A DNA stretch of 41,675 nucleotides, from IMG/VR virus record IMGVR_UViG_3300012982_000007, positions 1 to 41,675 of that record. One strand, 5' to 3'. Shown piece after piece: positions 33,927-41,675 of the stretch (positions within the stretch are counted from its first letter, which is position 1; every line of letters starts with the position of its first letter). The DNA comes from a virus (lineage: Duplodnaviria > Caudoviricetes). Position numbers and translations under genes: made by a program. The notes beneath the pieces are model-generated. The model was not told the DNA's origin and did no database searches. It worked only from the letters and a program-made list of their open reading frames with translations.

Positions 33927-36107
33927 ATGAAACGACTTCTTTTGACCGCACTCTTTGCGGCCTGCGCCGTCGTGTCGGCTGCCGGCCAGAACTGGACCAC
34001 CGTCACCGCGTCCAATATCACCGACCAGAATCAGACCAAGCTTGCGAGCGGGCAGATCTGCTTCTTGGGCACCGACCAGAATAATGTGCCCATCAACTTC
34101 GGCGTGGGCGGGGGCGGCCAGGTGCTCAAGCGCCCGGTCTGCGCCACGGTGACAACCGGCGCGATCGTCGGCACGTTCACGGTGCCGAACCCGGCCAATA
34201 CCAGCCCCAGCGGCGTGCTCTACAGGATCACGGTCAAGGACACGAGCACGGGTCAAGTGGTGTTGCAGTACAACACCGTGGCGTTCACGGGCACGGCCTT
34301 CAACCTCGACAACTACATCCCGAGCGCGAATGTCGTGGCCCCACCGGCAACCGGCAACGTCACCGGCCCGCTCAACGTCGCAGGCAACTTCAGCGTCACG
34401 GGATCCTCGACGCTCGGCACGATTACCGCAACCGCCCCGCTGCTCACAAATACAGCCATCGAGCAGGTCCGCTACGCCGACCAGTTCGCATCGCTGCAGG
34501 CGGCCATAAACGCAGCCGGGTCCGGCGGGGTGGTGGTTCTGCCATCCGGCTATACTGCAACCGTCACCACTCCGGTGGTGGTATCGCTGGCAAACCAGAC
34601 GATTCGGTGCGATCCAGGCGCGAAAATCGTCAAGGGTGCGTCAGGCGCTTCTATCAACATAACTGGGGCTGGAGACAGCCTCATTGGGTGCTCTATTGAC
34701 GGCGCTCAGGCGTCCGGCTATACGGGGAACAATGTCGTGTTGAATGGTGCGAGCAACGCGACCATTTCCGGGGACATAATTACGAACGCTCAAGGCTATG
34801 GCGTGTACTTGACCGGGGTGACGGGTGCCAACATTACCGGCAACACGATCAAGGGAAACCTGGCCGACCCAATCTTTGGAGAAAACAACACCACGAACGT
34901 GGTGGTAGAAAACAATCCAATGATTGACGCCTCTGCCGGTACTGCATCTTACACCCATGCCATTGCATTCCACTCCACCACTGCCGGCCAGATTGTGTCT
35001 GGATTAACCATCAGCGGCAACCGGATCGTGGCAGGGAATACGTACTGCGTGGAGGTGGGTTCGTTCGGAGGTTTGTCGCCTACCGCCGTTACTGTAAACG
35101 GAAACACCTGTACGCAAGGGGTTGTCAACGGGTACGGAGGATACTCTCTGGCGTATGTCGTAGGGGGAAGCCTGTCCAACAACACTTGGTACTCCGCCTT
35201 ATCGAACACCGGGGGCATTGGCCTCGAACTGGTCGGGACCAGTGCGATTTCCGTCGCCGGAAATGTTATTAGTGGCGGACAGGTGAACATCGGTATATCC
35301 GTGGACAGGTCAAGTAACAACGCCATTGTGGGAAATATCGTCAATGGCTGGGTTCCATCCGGGCAGGGGATCCATGTAATTGTCGCCGCGACCGACGTTC
35401 TGACCGCAAACAATAACTCGATAAGTAGTAATGTTCTGATTTTCCCGTCGTCCGCCGCAACTACTGGAATCTGGCTGCAAGCGAGCATCGCTAATTCGGA
35501 CATTAGCGGAAACACTGTTTCCGGCAACGTGCTATTCGGGGCGAGTCAGGCCGGCAGCACAGCAGTCCAAATGGAAAACGATGCGGGCACGATGGTCGGC
35601 AATCTTGTCGAAGGGAACGTGATTCGGAACGTAGCCTCGTCCTTTAACCTCACTGGCGCGGCCACTATAGGAAATTCGACTATCGCCTATAATTTAAGCA
35701 CTGGTGTGTCATCCGTGTTCTCAGGCGCAAACTATACCAACACTACCAGGATTGACCCGGCTGCATCACAGGTCGAATTGCGTCCGGGTGGCGGGTCGTA
35801 TATATCGGGAGGCATTACCGGCGCTGACGTGGTACCTGCGTTGCAAATTGGGAGTACCTCTAACTGGGCAATTGGAAACAGCAGCGCGCTGATGCAGCAA
35901 GTTGGAACCCTGACAACTACAGCGGCAGCGAGCGACGTTTTGACCAACGGAATTATCGCGGCAGGAAGTCATTGCACTGCGACAGCAACCAACGCCACGG
36001 CGTCGGCATTGACAGGTGTTTACCTGACGCCCGCCGCTGGCTCGGTGACGGTGTACCACTCGTCCACGGCCGGCGGGACGTTTGCGGTGGCGTGCAGTGT
36101 CAACTGA
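33927..36107 (+). CDS. tailspike-like parallel beta-helix protein with N-terminal signal peptide
   Basis: MKRLLLTALFAACAVVSAAG leader; SLQAAINAA...VVLPSG entry motif then many I-x-GN repeats. Confidence 0.8.
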   Translation: MKRLLLTALFAACAVVSAAGQNWTTVTASNITDQNQTKLASGQICFLGTDQNNVPINFGVGGGGQVLKRPVCATVTTGAIVGTFTVPNPANTSPSGVLYRITVKDTSTGQVVLQYNTVAFTGTAFNLDNYIPSANVVAPPATGNVTGPLNVAGNFSVTGSSTLGTITATAPLLTNTAIEQVRYADQFASLQAAINAAGSGGVVVLPSGYTATVTTPVVVSLANQTIRCDPGAKIVKGASGASINITGAGDSLIGCSIDGAQASGYTGNNVVLNGASNATISGDIITNAQGYGVYLTGVTGANITGNTIKGNLADPIFGENNTTNVVVENNPMIDASAGTASYTHAIAFHSTTAGQIVSGLTISGNRIVAGNTYCVEVGSFGGLSPTAVTVNGNTCTQGVVNGYGGYSLAYVVGGSLSNNTWYSALSNTGGIGLELVGTSAISVAGNVISGGQVNIGISVDRSSNNAIVGNIVNGWVPSGQGIHVIVAATDVLTANNNSISSNVLIFPSSAATTGIWLQASIANSDISGNTVSGNVLFGASQAGSTAVQMENDAGTMVGNLVEGNVIRNVASSFNLTGAATIGNSTIAYNLSTGVSSVFSGANYTNTTRIDPAASQVELRPGGGSYISGGITGADVVPALQIGSTSNWAIGNSSALMQQVGTLTTTAAASDVLTNGIIAAGSHCTATATNATASALTGVYLTPAAGSVTVYHSSTAGGTFAVACSVN

Positions 36108-36151
36108 GGGGCAGATGTAAGACCGCACTGGCAGTAACAACGAGGTAATCC

Positions 36152-36676
36152 ATGGCCGACTTCGAACAAGCAATTCCTTTCGCTCTCAAGCACGAAGATC
36201 CGGACCTGACCGGCGAGGTCGAGGACGTGGCCGGAGACAGCGGCGGCCGGACCCGCTTCGGCATCGCGGAGACATCGAACCCCTACATGCCGGAGGGCTT
36301 CTACTCGGGCGAGATGCCGCGAGATGAGGCGCTGGCGGCAGCCGAGGCGGTCTACAGGCGCAACTACTGGGACGCCAACCGGCTGGGCGAGATCGAAGAC
36401 CAGACGGTCGCGACCAAGGTGCTCGACATGGCCATACACATGGGCTCGCACCAGGCCGTCGTGCTCGCCCAGCGGGCCTGCTGCTCGCTCGGATCCACGC
36501 TGGTAGAGGACGGCAAGGTCGGACCGGCAACACTAGCCGCAATCAATGGCGCCGACCCGGTGGCGCTGCTGGGCGCCCTGCGGGCCTTCTCTGCCGCCTT
36601 CTACCGGCACATCGCGGAAGTCAAGCCACAGGACCAGAAGTTTCTGCGCGGCTGGCTCATCCGGGCCAACGCCTGA
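36152..36676 (+). CDS. endolysin, GH108-like with PG-binding domain
   Basis: HE...DSGGRTRFGI...YRRNYW...DGKVGPATLAAIN...KFLRGWLIRA. Confidence 0.9.
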   Translation: MADFEQAIPFALKHEDPDLTGEVEDVAGDSGGRTRFGIAETSNPYMPEGFYSGEMPRDEALAAAEAVYRRNYWDANRLGEIEDQTVATKVLDMAIHMGSHQAVVLAQRACCSLGSTLVEDGKVGPATLAAINGADPVALLGALRAFSAAFYRHIAEVKPQDQKFLRGWLIRANA

Positions 36677-36687
36677 GAGGTAACACC

Positions 36688-37326
36688 ATGAAAACCCGTA
36701 TCGAGATCGTTGCCCTGATCGCCGTCGTGATCGCTGTCGTGATCGCCGGCCGCGTCTGGCTCGAACAGCACGATGACCGGCTACGGCTGGCCGCCACCCT
36801 CCAGCAGCAGGACGTTGTTATCAAGCGGGCCGCCGCCAGCCAGCAGGCCCGCGACAAGACCCTGGCCGACCAGCTTGCCGCCATCGCCCACGAACGTCAG
36901 CAGGTCTTGACCCCGGCGCAGATCGCCACCGCCGTCAGCCAAGCCATGCGGTTGCCGCAGCCGATCACGATCACGCTGCCACCGACTCCCGCGCAACCCG
37001 CGGCGAAAGGAGTGGAGAAGCCAGAGCGGACGTCGGGGTCGCTTCCTGCGGCCCCGGTGCCTCAAACCGTCTCCATTCCCACGCTCGACCTGCCCGCCCT
37101 GCGCGCCTACACGCTTGGCTGCCAGGAGACCGACGCCAAGCTCACCGCCTGCGAGTCCGACCTCACAGACCAGAAAATACAGACCCGCTCGATGAAGGTC
37201 GAGCGAGACGCCGCGCTGAGTGCGGCCAACGGCGGGACGTTCTGGCGACGGGCCGGCCGTGCCGCCAAGTGGACCGTGCTCGGTATCGCCATCGGCGTGG
37301 CCGCCCATGCCGCAATCCGCCATTAA
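36688..37326 (+). CDS. spanin-like membrane protein
   Basis: N-terminal TM, coiled coil, Pro-rich linker, C-terminal hydrophobic segment; follows the lysin. Confidence 0.55.
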   Translation: MKTRIEIVALIAVVIAVVIAGRVWLEQHDDRLRLAATLQQQDVVIKRAAASQQARDKTLADQLAAIAHERQQVLTPAQIATAVSQAMRLPQPITITLPPTPAQPAAKGVEKPERTSGSLPAAPVPQTVSIPTLDLPALRAYTLGCQETDAKLTACESDLTDQKIQTRSMKVERDAALSAANGGTFWRRAGRAAKWTVLGIAIGVAAHAAIRH

Positions 37327-37336
37327 GGAGAATCCC

Positions 37337-37564
37337 ATGACCACTTTCGTTGCCGTAACCGTGATCTTCGTGCTCGGCGCTATCGCCGGCTTCCTGCTCA
37401 CCGCCCCCGGCCGCAAAGACCTCCAAAGGGTCGCCGACTTCTGGCGTACTGAGCACGGCAAAGCCCGCGCCGAAGCCGCGGCCGCCCACAAGACCCTTGA
37501 TGGCTTCCTGCAGAAGCTAAAGCTCGCCAAGAAGGGGCCCAACGACAGAGGTGCAACCAAGTGA
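37337..37564 (+). CDS. single-TM lysis-cassette protein
   Basis: AAGGAG RBS; FVAVTVIFVLGAIAGFLL. Confidence 0.65.
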   Translation: MTTFVAVTVIFVLGAIAGFLLTAPGRKDLQRVADFWRTEHGKARAEAAAAHKTLDGFLQKLKLAKKGPNDRGATK

Positions 37565-37800
37565 AATTCCGCGACTTCTTGCTAGGAATTTTCTGTGAGC
37601 CCGCAACGGATGGGCTGGCTGGTAAGCCGAGCTTCAGCCGTATTGCTACGGCGGTCGTTATCTCCTTTGGCTGTGGTTGGGTAACGGCCATCGTCCGCTA
37701 TACCCATGTACTGCCCGACTTTGCGGGACTTATCGGCTTCATTGGTGTGCCGTACGGCATCAACAAGGCGTCTGCTGCGTTCGGGCCGCCAAAGGCTTAA
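37561..37800 (+). CDS. putative holin (2 TM)
   Basis: SFSRIATAVVISF...FAGLIGFIGVPYGINK. Confidence 0.65.
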   Translation: MKFRDFLLGIFCEPATDGLAGKPSFSRIATAVVISFGCGWVTAIVRYTHVLPDFAGLIGFIGVPYGINKASAAFGPPKA

Positions 37801-37803
37801 TCA

Positions 37804-37830
37804 GAACCCCCTTTCTAAGGGGGTTTCGTT
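37804..37830 (+). terminator. terminator after lysis cassette
   Basis: AACCCCCTT-tct-AAGGGGGTT followed by TCGTT. Confidence 0.75.
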
Positions 37831-37875
37831 ACAAAGCATTGCAGAGGTGTGCCGTGTGGTTTATCGAACTCGACT

Positions 37876-38178
37876 ATGACGACCCAAGCGACTACGCAAA
37901 CGCCATCTGTCTCGTCCGAGCGAGACACCTTCGCATCCTTTTCCAAAGCCGTGGGCGAAAGCATCGGCAAGCACGCCGAGCGCAAGGGGTACGCCCGCGG
38001 CGATGACGGGATGCGGCTCTCCGACTTCCTCTACTTCATCGGCATAGGGCGGGCCCACGCCTGCGCCGAAATCATCTATAAGGCCGTCGAGTATTGGAAG
38101 AATCCCCGCCGCGTCATGCTCGAAAAGATCGCCGGGTGGGCGTACATCGCCTGGCGGCACACGCCGGAGGGCGAATGA
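37876..38178 (+). CDS. hypothetical all-alpha protein
   Basis: Translationally coupled to the phosphoesterase. Confidence 0.65.
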   Translation: MTTQATTQTPSVSSERDTFASFSKAVGESIGKHAERKGYARGDDGMRLSDFLYFIGIGRAHACAEIIYKAVEYWKNPRRVMLEKIAGWAYIAWRHTPEGE

Positions 38179-39275
38179 AAGCCGTCATGCAACTTGCCTG
38201 CGAGGATTGCGGCGTGGTGCGCGAAGGCACCCGCGTCCGTTCGCCCTGTTGTTTCGAGTGTGGCCTGAAGCGGCGTGAAGCCCGCTATGCGGCGAAGCGG
38301 GCGGAATACAAGGCGGAACAACTGGCCTCCAACCGCGCCGTCATCGCGGCGCAGGGCCACAAGCAACCGCCTCCCATTGCCGACAAGAAGATCGGCGTCA
38401 CCAACTGGCGTGACTGGATACCAGCGATTAGCGAGATGCAGACGCTCAAGCAGGAGGCGTCATTCTCTCAGGATCGTTCGGCGATCAGGCTTGGCGACGG
38501 AAAGAAGCCGATCCTGCTGGCAACGCTTTCTGATACCCACATCGGCGCATGGTCGAGCGATCACGGCCTGTTCCGGGCGCTGACCGATGAGCTACTTTCC
38601 ATTGACGGCCTGTATGTCGCGCTGCTTGGCGACCTTGCTCATATGGCCATCAAGCTGCGCGGCGTGCTGGAAGTTACAGACAACATACTGCCGCCCGAGA
38701 TGCAGTTACGGTTCTTTGAGAGCTGGCTTGACGAAATCAAGCATAAGGTGGCGTTCGCAGTGTGGGACAATCACGCTATCGTCAGGGAAGAGACGGCCAG
38801 CGGTATATCTGCCTTTAAGCTGGCGATGGCGGAGCGTGTGGTCTATACTAACGGCATCGGGCACTTCGACCTACTGGTCGGCGATCAGAAGTACAAGCTG
38901 TCTGCCTCCCACCGCTTTCGTGGCGCGTCCATGTTGAACCCGCTGCACGCCCAGATGCGGTACATGCGCATGGAAGGCATCGACCGGGAAATCTGCATGC
39001 AGGGCGACACTCACACGCCAGGCGTCATCAAGTACACCGAGGGGGACATAACCCGCGTCTGTATCAACAGCGGATCGTCGCAACTGAATAGCGGCTACGG
39101 CAAACGCTACTTCTCATTGACCACTCACCCGGTTTTCCCCTGCCTTGAACTGCGTCACGACACGCATACGATGACGCCGTTTTGGAGTATTGACGAATGG
39201 CAACGGTCGAAACAGGCCGGCGTCATTCCCCCGGCTCCATCATCCGGCGCAGCTCGTCGGCCTCCAGCGCCTTGA
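38175..39275 (+). CDS. calcineurin-like metallophosphoesterase with N-terminal zinc finger
   Basis: SDTHIG, GDL, DNH, SH and GDTH metal motifs; CEDC...CFEC. Confidence 0.85.
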   Translation: MKAVMQLACEDCGVVREGTRVRSPCCFECGLKRREARYAAKRAEYKAEQLASNRAVIAAQGHKQPPPIADKKIGVTNWRDWIPAISEMQTLKQEASFSQDRSAIRLGDGKKPILLATLSDTHIGAWSSDHGLFRALTDELLSIDGLYVALLGDLAHMAIKLRGVLEVTDNILPPEMQLRFFESWLDEIKHKVAFAVWDNHAIVREETASGISAFKLAMAERVVYTNGIGHFDLLVGDQKYKLSASHRFRGASMLNPLHAQMRYMRMEGIDREICMQGDTHTPGVIKYTEGDITRVCINSGSSQLNSGYGKRYFSLTTHPVFPCLELRHDTHTMTPFWSIDEWQRSKQAGVIPPAPSSGAARRPPAP

Positions 39276-39492
39276 GCTGCTTCCTCATCTTCTGGTGGGC
39301 GGCTCCGAACTCGGGGACCACGTCGGCCAGGTGTCCGGCGAGCCCTTCGTCTACCGCCAACGCGAAGACGCGCTTGCGGGCGTCACCATCGAGGAACTCG
39401 TAGACCTGGGCCAGAGCGTTGGGGTGCAGCGGGCCGTGCGTGCTGTTCTCCCAGCGCAGGGTACCGAGCATGTCTTTGAGGTCGCGGACCAT
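39223..39492 (-). CDS. hypothetical protein
   Basis: Last gene of the leftward immunity-side run; TAGAAT just upstream. Confidence 0.55.
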   Translation of the reverse strand: MVRDLKDMLGTLRWENSTHGPLHPNALAQVYEFLDGDARKRVFALAVDEGLAGHLADVVPEFGAAHQKMRKQLKALEADELRRMMEPGE

Positions 39493-39521
39493 GGGCTATC
39501 CGATTCTACTCTGCGTGCCTG

Positions 39522-40328
39522 CTACCACTTGCAGGCTTTCCTGAGCGGCGCAATCTGCGCATCCAGGCCGCTCACGTCAAACGTCGCGATCGCTGGGTTG
39601 GAGTTGAACGGCGTGTATTGGACCCTTAGGGTTTTTGTTTTCTCTAGCCGCCTGATCTCCGAGAGTGGAGACGGAGAGAAAAGAGCGGTACCTGCGCTCG
39701 ATTCACTCCACTGTTCGGCGTGCGGGGCGGAATCATCGAAACGGAGACGAACGCTGTGCAAATCAAGGTCGTCGCCACCCTCCACCGAGTATTGGACCTT
39801 CCCGTCAAGGATCAAGGCGGTCGAGTGCTCCAAGCACCTAACGTAGAGCTCGGGCAGACGGTTATCCAGCCACGAGGAGACGCGGTTCTCGGCCTCAAGG
39901 GTGAGCGTCACGGTGGGCGATCCGTCCATTGCCGACTTTTCCGTAGACAATTCCCATTTAGAAACGATGTCCCGATTGGATTGCGCCGCTTTCGATGCCG
40001 GCGGCGCGTCGGGATTGAGGCTGTGATCTTGGAATTGCAGGGCAATTCCGGACACCGCAGCAATCGCTACAATGAAACCGGCGAACCATTTCCATGCTCG
40101 CATGTTCGATGGCGTCTTTTCTGGACTGCCGGTCGGACCTTGCGGCGGTTCGGCGTTGCTCTCTTTCGTCGCCGACCATACGAGAGCCAGCACCCAGCCG
40201 ATGACGGTCCACCCAAGAAACAGGTTGAGAAGTGTTATGGCCTCGGCGTTTTTCTTTTTCGCGTGATGGGCATAGATCGAAGGGATGAAGTAGAAGACGA
40301 GGCCCAAGATTCCCAACAGCGCGCTCAT
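39522..40328 (-). CDS. superinfection-immunity (T4 Imm-like) domain fused to a VasI/TagO-like periplasmic domain
   Basis: YFIPSIYAHH.KKKNAEAITLLNLFLGWTVIGWVLALVWS; third TM; W..S..KSAMD...LYVRC...TPFN...ATFDVSGL...LRKACKW. Confidence 0.85.
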   Translation of the reverse strand: MSALLGILGLVFYFIPSIYAHHAKKKNAEAITLLNLFLGWTVIGWVLALVWSATKESNAEPPQGPTGSPEKTPSNMRAWKWFAGFIVAIAAVSGIALQFQDHSLNPDAPPASKAAQSNRDIVSKWELSTEKSAMDGSPTVTLTLEAENRVSSWLDNRLPELYVRCLEHSTALILDGKVQYSVEGGDDLDLHSVRLRFDDSAPHAEQWSESSAGTALFSPSPLSEIRRLEKTKTLRVQYTPFNSNPAIATFDVSGLDAQIAPLRKACKW

Positions 40329-40457
40329 GCCTTTCCCTCCGGCCTCGTGCTAGTTGGCCCGAACCGCGCGCCGCTGGCCTCCATGTCAAGGTGGTCCTGA
40401 ATAACGTGCCAGACGTGGCGCCGCCGCTCATCGTCGCGGAGGCGCGCATACAGCTCT

Positions 40458-40820
40458 CTAATCCGTTCCGGTGTCGGCGAGCTTCTTTCCCTTCTTAATA
40501 GCCTCAAGTTCATCCTTCACCTCTCTCGGCATCGGTAGCCCGACATTAGCAGATTCGCGGGTCGCGTTGATTACCGCCGACCTCCAAGCGGCGTCGCCCA
40601 GTTTTTCACGTACCGCGCGAAGAGAAATAAGCACCCATCGCTCGGTTTCCGACGTGGCGTATGGCGAGACGCGCAGATGTTCCTCAAGCAAGTGTTGGGT
40701 GAACCCGGTAAGGCTTCTGTGCTGGACGCGCGCCGCCTCCGTTGCGGCCTCGTAGACATCGCTGCGGACGCGGGCATTGAGTACGCGGTCGTCGCCCGAG
40801 GGCTGTTTTTTGCCTGCCAT
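40458..40820 (-). CDS. ribbon-helix-helix (Arc-like) regulator with C-terminal domain; candidate repressor
   Basis: VLNARVRSDVYEAATEAARVQHRSLTGFTQHLLEEHL. Confidence 0.7.
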   Translation of the reverse strand: MAGKKQPSGDDRVLNARVRSDVYEAATEAARVQHRSLTGFTQHLLEEHLRVSPYATSETERWVLISLRAVREKLGDAAWRSAVINATRESANVGLPMPREVKDELEAIKKGKKLADTGTD

Positions 40821-40872
40821 TTCGCTGGCAAATGGTGCCCAACTGTCCTGTTTTCTGCAAGATGACAATTCC

Positions 40873-40925
40873 TGCATTATTTCTGCACTTTTTTCTTGCA
40901 TTGTGCATTATCCGTGCATTATAGT
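40873..40925. promoter_or_regulatory. divergent control region: two TGCA-N7-TGCA operators overlapping a rightward promoter
   Basis: TGCATTATTTCTGCA (40873-40887) and TGCATTATCCGTGCA (40904-40918); TTGCAT(40896)-18nt-TATAGT(40920). Confidence 0.75.
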
Positions 40926-40931
40926 CTGCCC

Positions 40932-41105
40932 ATGTCGAAGCCGAAGAAGAAACCGGAAAAGCGGCTGGCGATCACCAGCAACCCGGAACCGAGCCTGTAC
41001 GTGGCCGTGACCGATGCCGCCAAGGCGGCACGCATGTCGCGGAGTGCATGGCTCCTGAAGGCGGCGGAAGAGAAGCTGGCGCGGGACAGCCAGCAGGCGG
41101 CATAG
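40932..41105 (+). CDS. small RHH protein (Cro-equivalent position)
   Basis: LAITSNPEPSLYVAVTDAAKAARMSRSAWLLKAAEEKL; apparently leaderless. Confidence 0.7.
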   Translation: MSKPKKKPEKRLAITSNPEPSLYVAVTDAAKAARMSRSAWLLKAAEEKLARDSQQAA

Positions 41106-41117
41106 GGGGGAAGGGTC

Positions 41118-41345
41118 ATGAGGAGAATCCACATCGTGTCAGTCCGGCTCACCTACGAGGAGCGGCAATTCGTCTCCGATGCCGCCAACTACATGCAATT
41201 GCCTAACGAGGATCAGCCCAACCTGTCGCGAGTGATTCAGTCGATGGTTGGCTACCTGAGAAACACGGTAGGTCACGGCTGGATCAGACCGCAAGAACGT
41301 AAACCCTGTACACGGGTCACCGCCCCGGCGCGGAGGGTGGCATGA
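41118..41345 (+). CDS. RHH-like protein
   Basis: IVSVRLTYEERQFVSDAA...NLSRVIQSMV. Confidence 0.6.
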   Translation: MRRIHIVSVRLTYEERQFVSDAANYMQLPNEDQPNLSRVIQSMVGYLRNTVGHGWIRPQERKPCTRVTAPARRVA

Positions 41346-41675
41346 CGCTCTCTCTGCTTCTTTCCAACCTTCACGCGTGTGCTGACGGCGTGGAGTTGGT
41401 GCGCGGCAAGAGCCTGCGCGAATGGTGGGCCGACTCCGAGCGTGCCGACCACATGCTCTGGCTGGTGGGGCACATGGCTGGCAAGGCTGGCTGGCCGACG
41501 AAGAAATCGGTCGTGCTGGCCGCGTGTGCCTGTGCCGAGACGGCGCTGCCGTATTGCAGCGACGCAGCACGTCCGGTGGCGGAGCATGCCATAGCGATCG
41601 CGCGCGCGTGGACGCGTGGCGAGGCGACGATAGAGGAGGTTCGCGCCGCCTCCGTCGCCGCCGCCACCTCCGCCT
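41342..41675 (+). CDS. Ala-rich helical protein, N-terminal part (runs off the window end; Imm5-like appearance)
   Basis: MTLSLLLSNLHACADG...DHMLWL...VLAACACAETALP...AIAIARAWTRGEATIEEVRAASVAAATSA; ATGA coupling and GGAGG RBS. Confidence 0.8.
   Translation, partial: MTLSLLLSNLHACADGVELVRGKSLREWWADSERADHMLWLVGHMAGKAGWPTKKSVVLAACACAETALPYCSDAARPVAEHAIAIARAWTRGEATIEEVRAASVAAATSA

Noticed and set aside
31322-36107. Diversity-generating retroelement or invertible tail-fibre shufflon
   Set aside because: No reverse transcriptase, template/variable repeat pair, invertase or inverted crossover sites seen.
40325-40513. 62-aa minus-strand ORF between the RHH gene and imm
   Set aside because: Overlaps the RHH gene with a weak start; could be real (ATGA coupling to imm) but support is too thin to list.

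Overview
The window looks like an essentially complete ~41.7 kb temperate siphovirus genome, probably circular and opened inside an Ala-rich gene. The ORF running off the right end (41342..) continues in frame at base 1 if the terminal GCCT is counted once. Early rightward genes (1-9724): XRE HTH, ssb, YqaJ exonuclease plus RecT/Bet, a pentapeptide-repeat protein, a DUF1376-like initiator with iterons, a loader-like protein, a degenerate Gp37/Gp68 (DUF5131), and many small Zn-finger/Lar-like genes ending in xis. Next come attP (3' part of tRNA-Arg(UCU)) and a tyrosine integrase, inverted inside that early gene run. These are followed by a DNA methyltransferase, RusA, and a leftward four-gene Cys-rich operon with its own promoter and intergenic repeats. 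Late genes: terS/terL, a portal-MuF fusion, a protease with nested scaffold, the major capsid, a non-contractile tail (frameshifted chaperone, tape measure, DUF2460/DUF2163/NlpC/tip) interrupted by a GIY-YIG homing endonuclease, a beta-helix tailspike-like protein with a Sec-type signal peptide, and a GH108 lysis cassette. The right end holds a phosphoesterase, a superinfection-immunity/VasI-like fusion, and an immunity region that appears built from ribbon-helix-helix proteins rather than cI/Cro. The best leads are the signal-peptide tailspike, the all-RHH switch with TGCA-N7-TGCA operators, the repeat-bounded small-gene cassettes, and the int/attP placement that splits the early operon. Family assignments come from motif recognition by eye, not database searches. 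The host is not established; an Acidobacteria-like host is only an impression.
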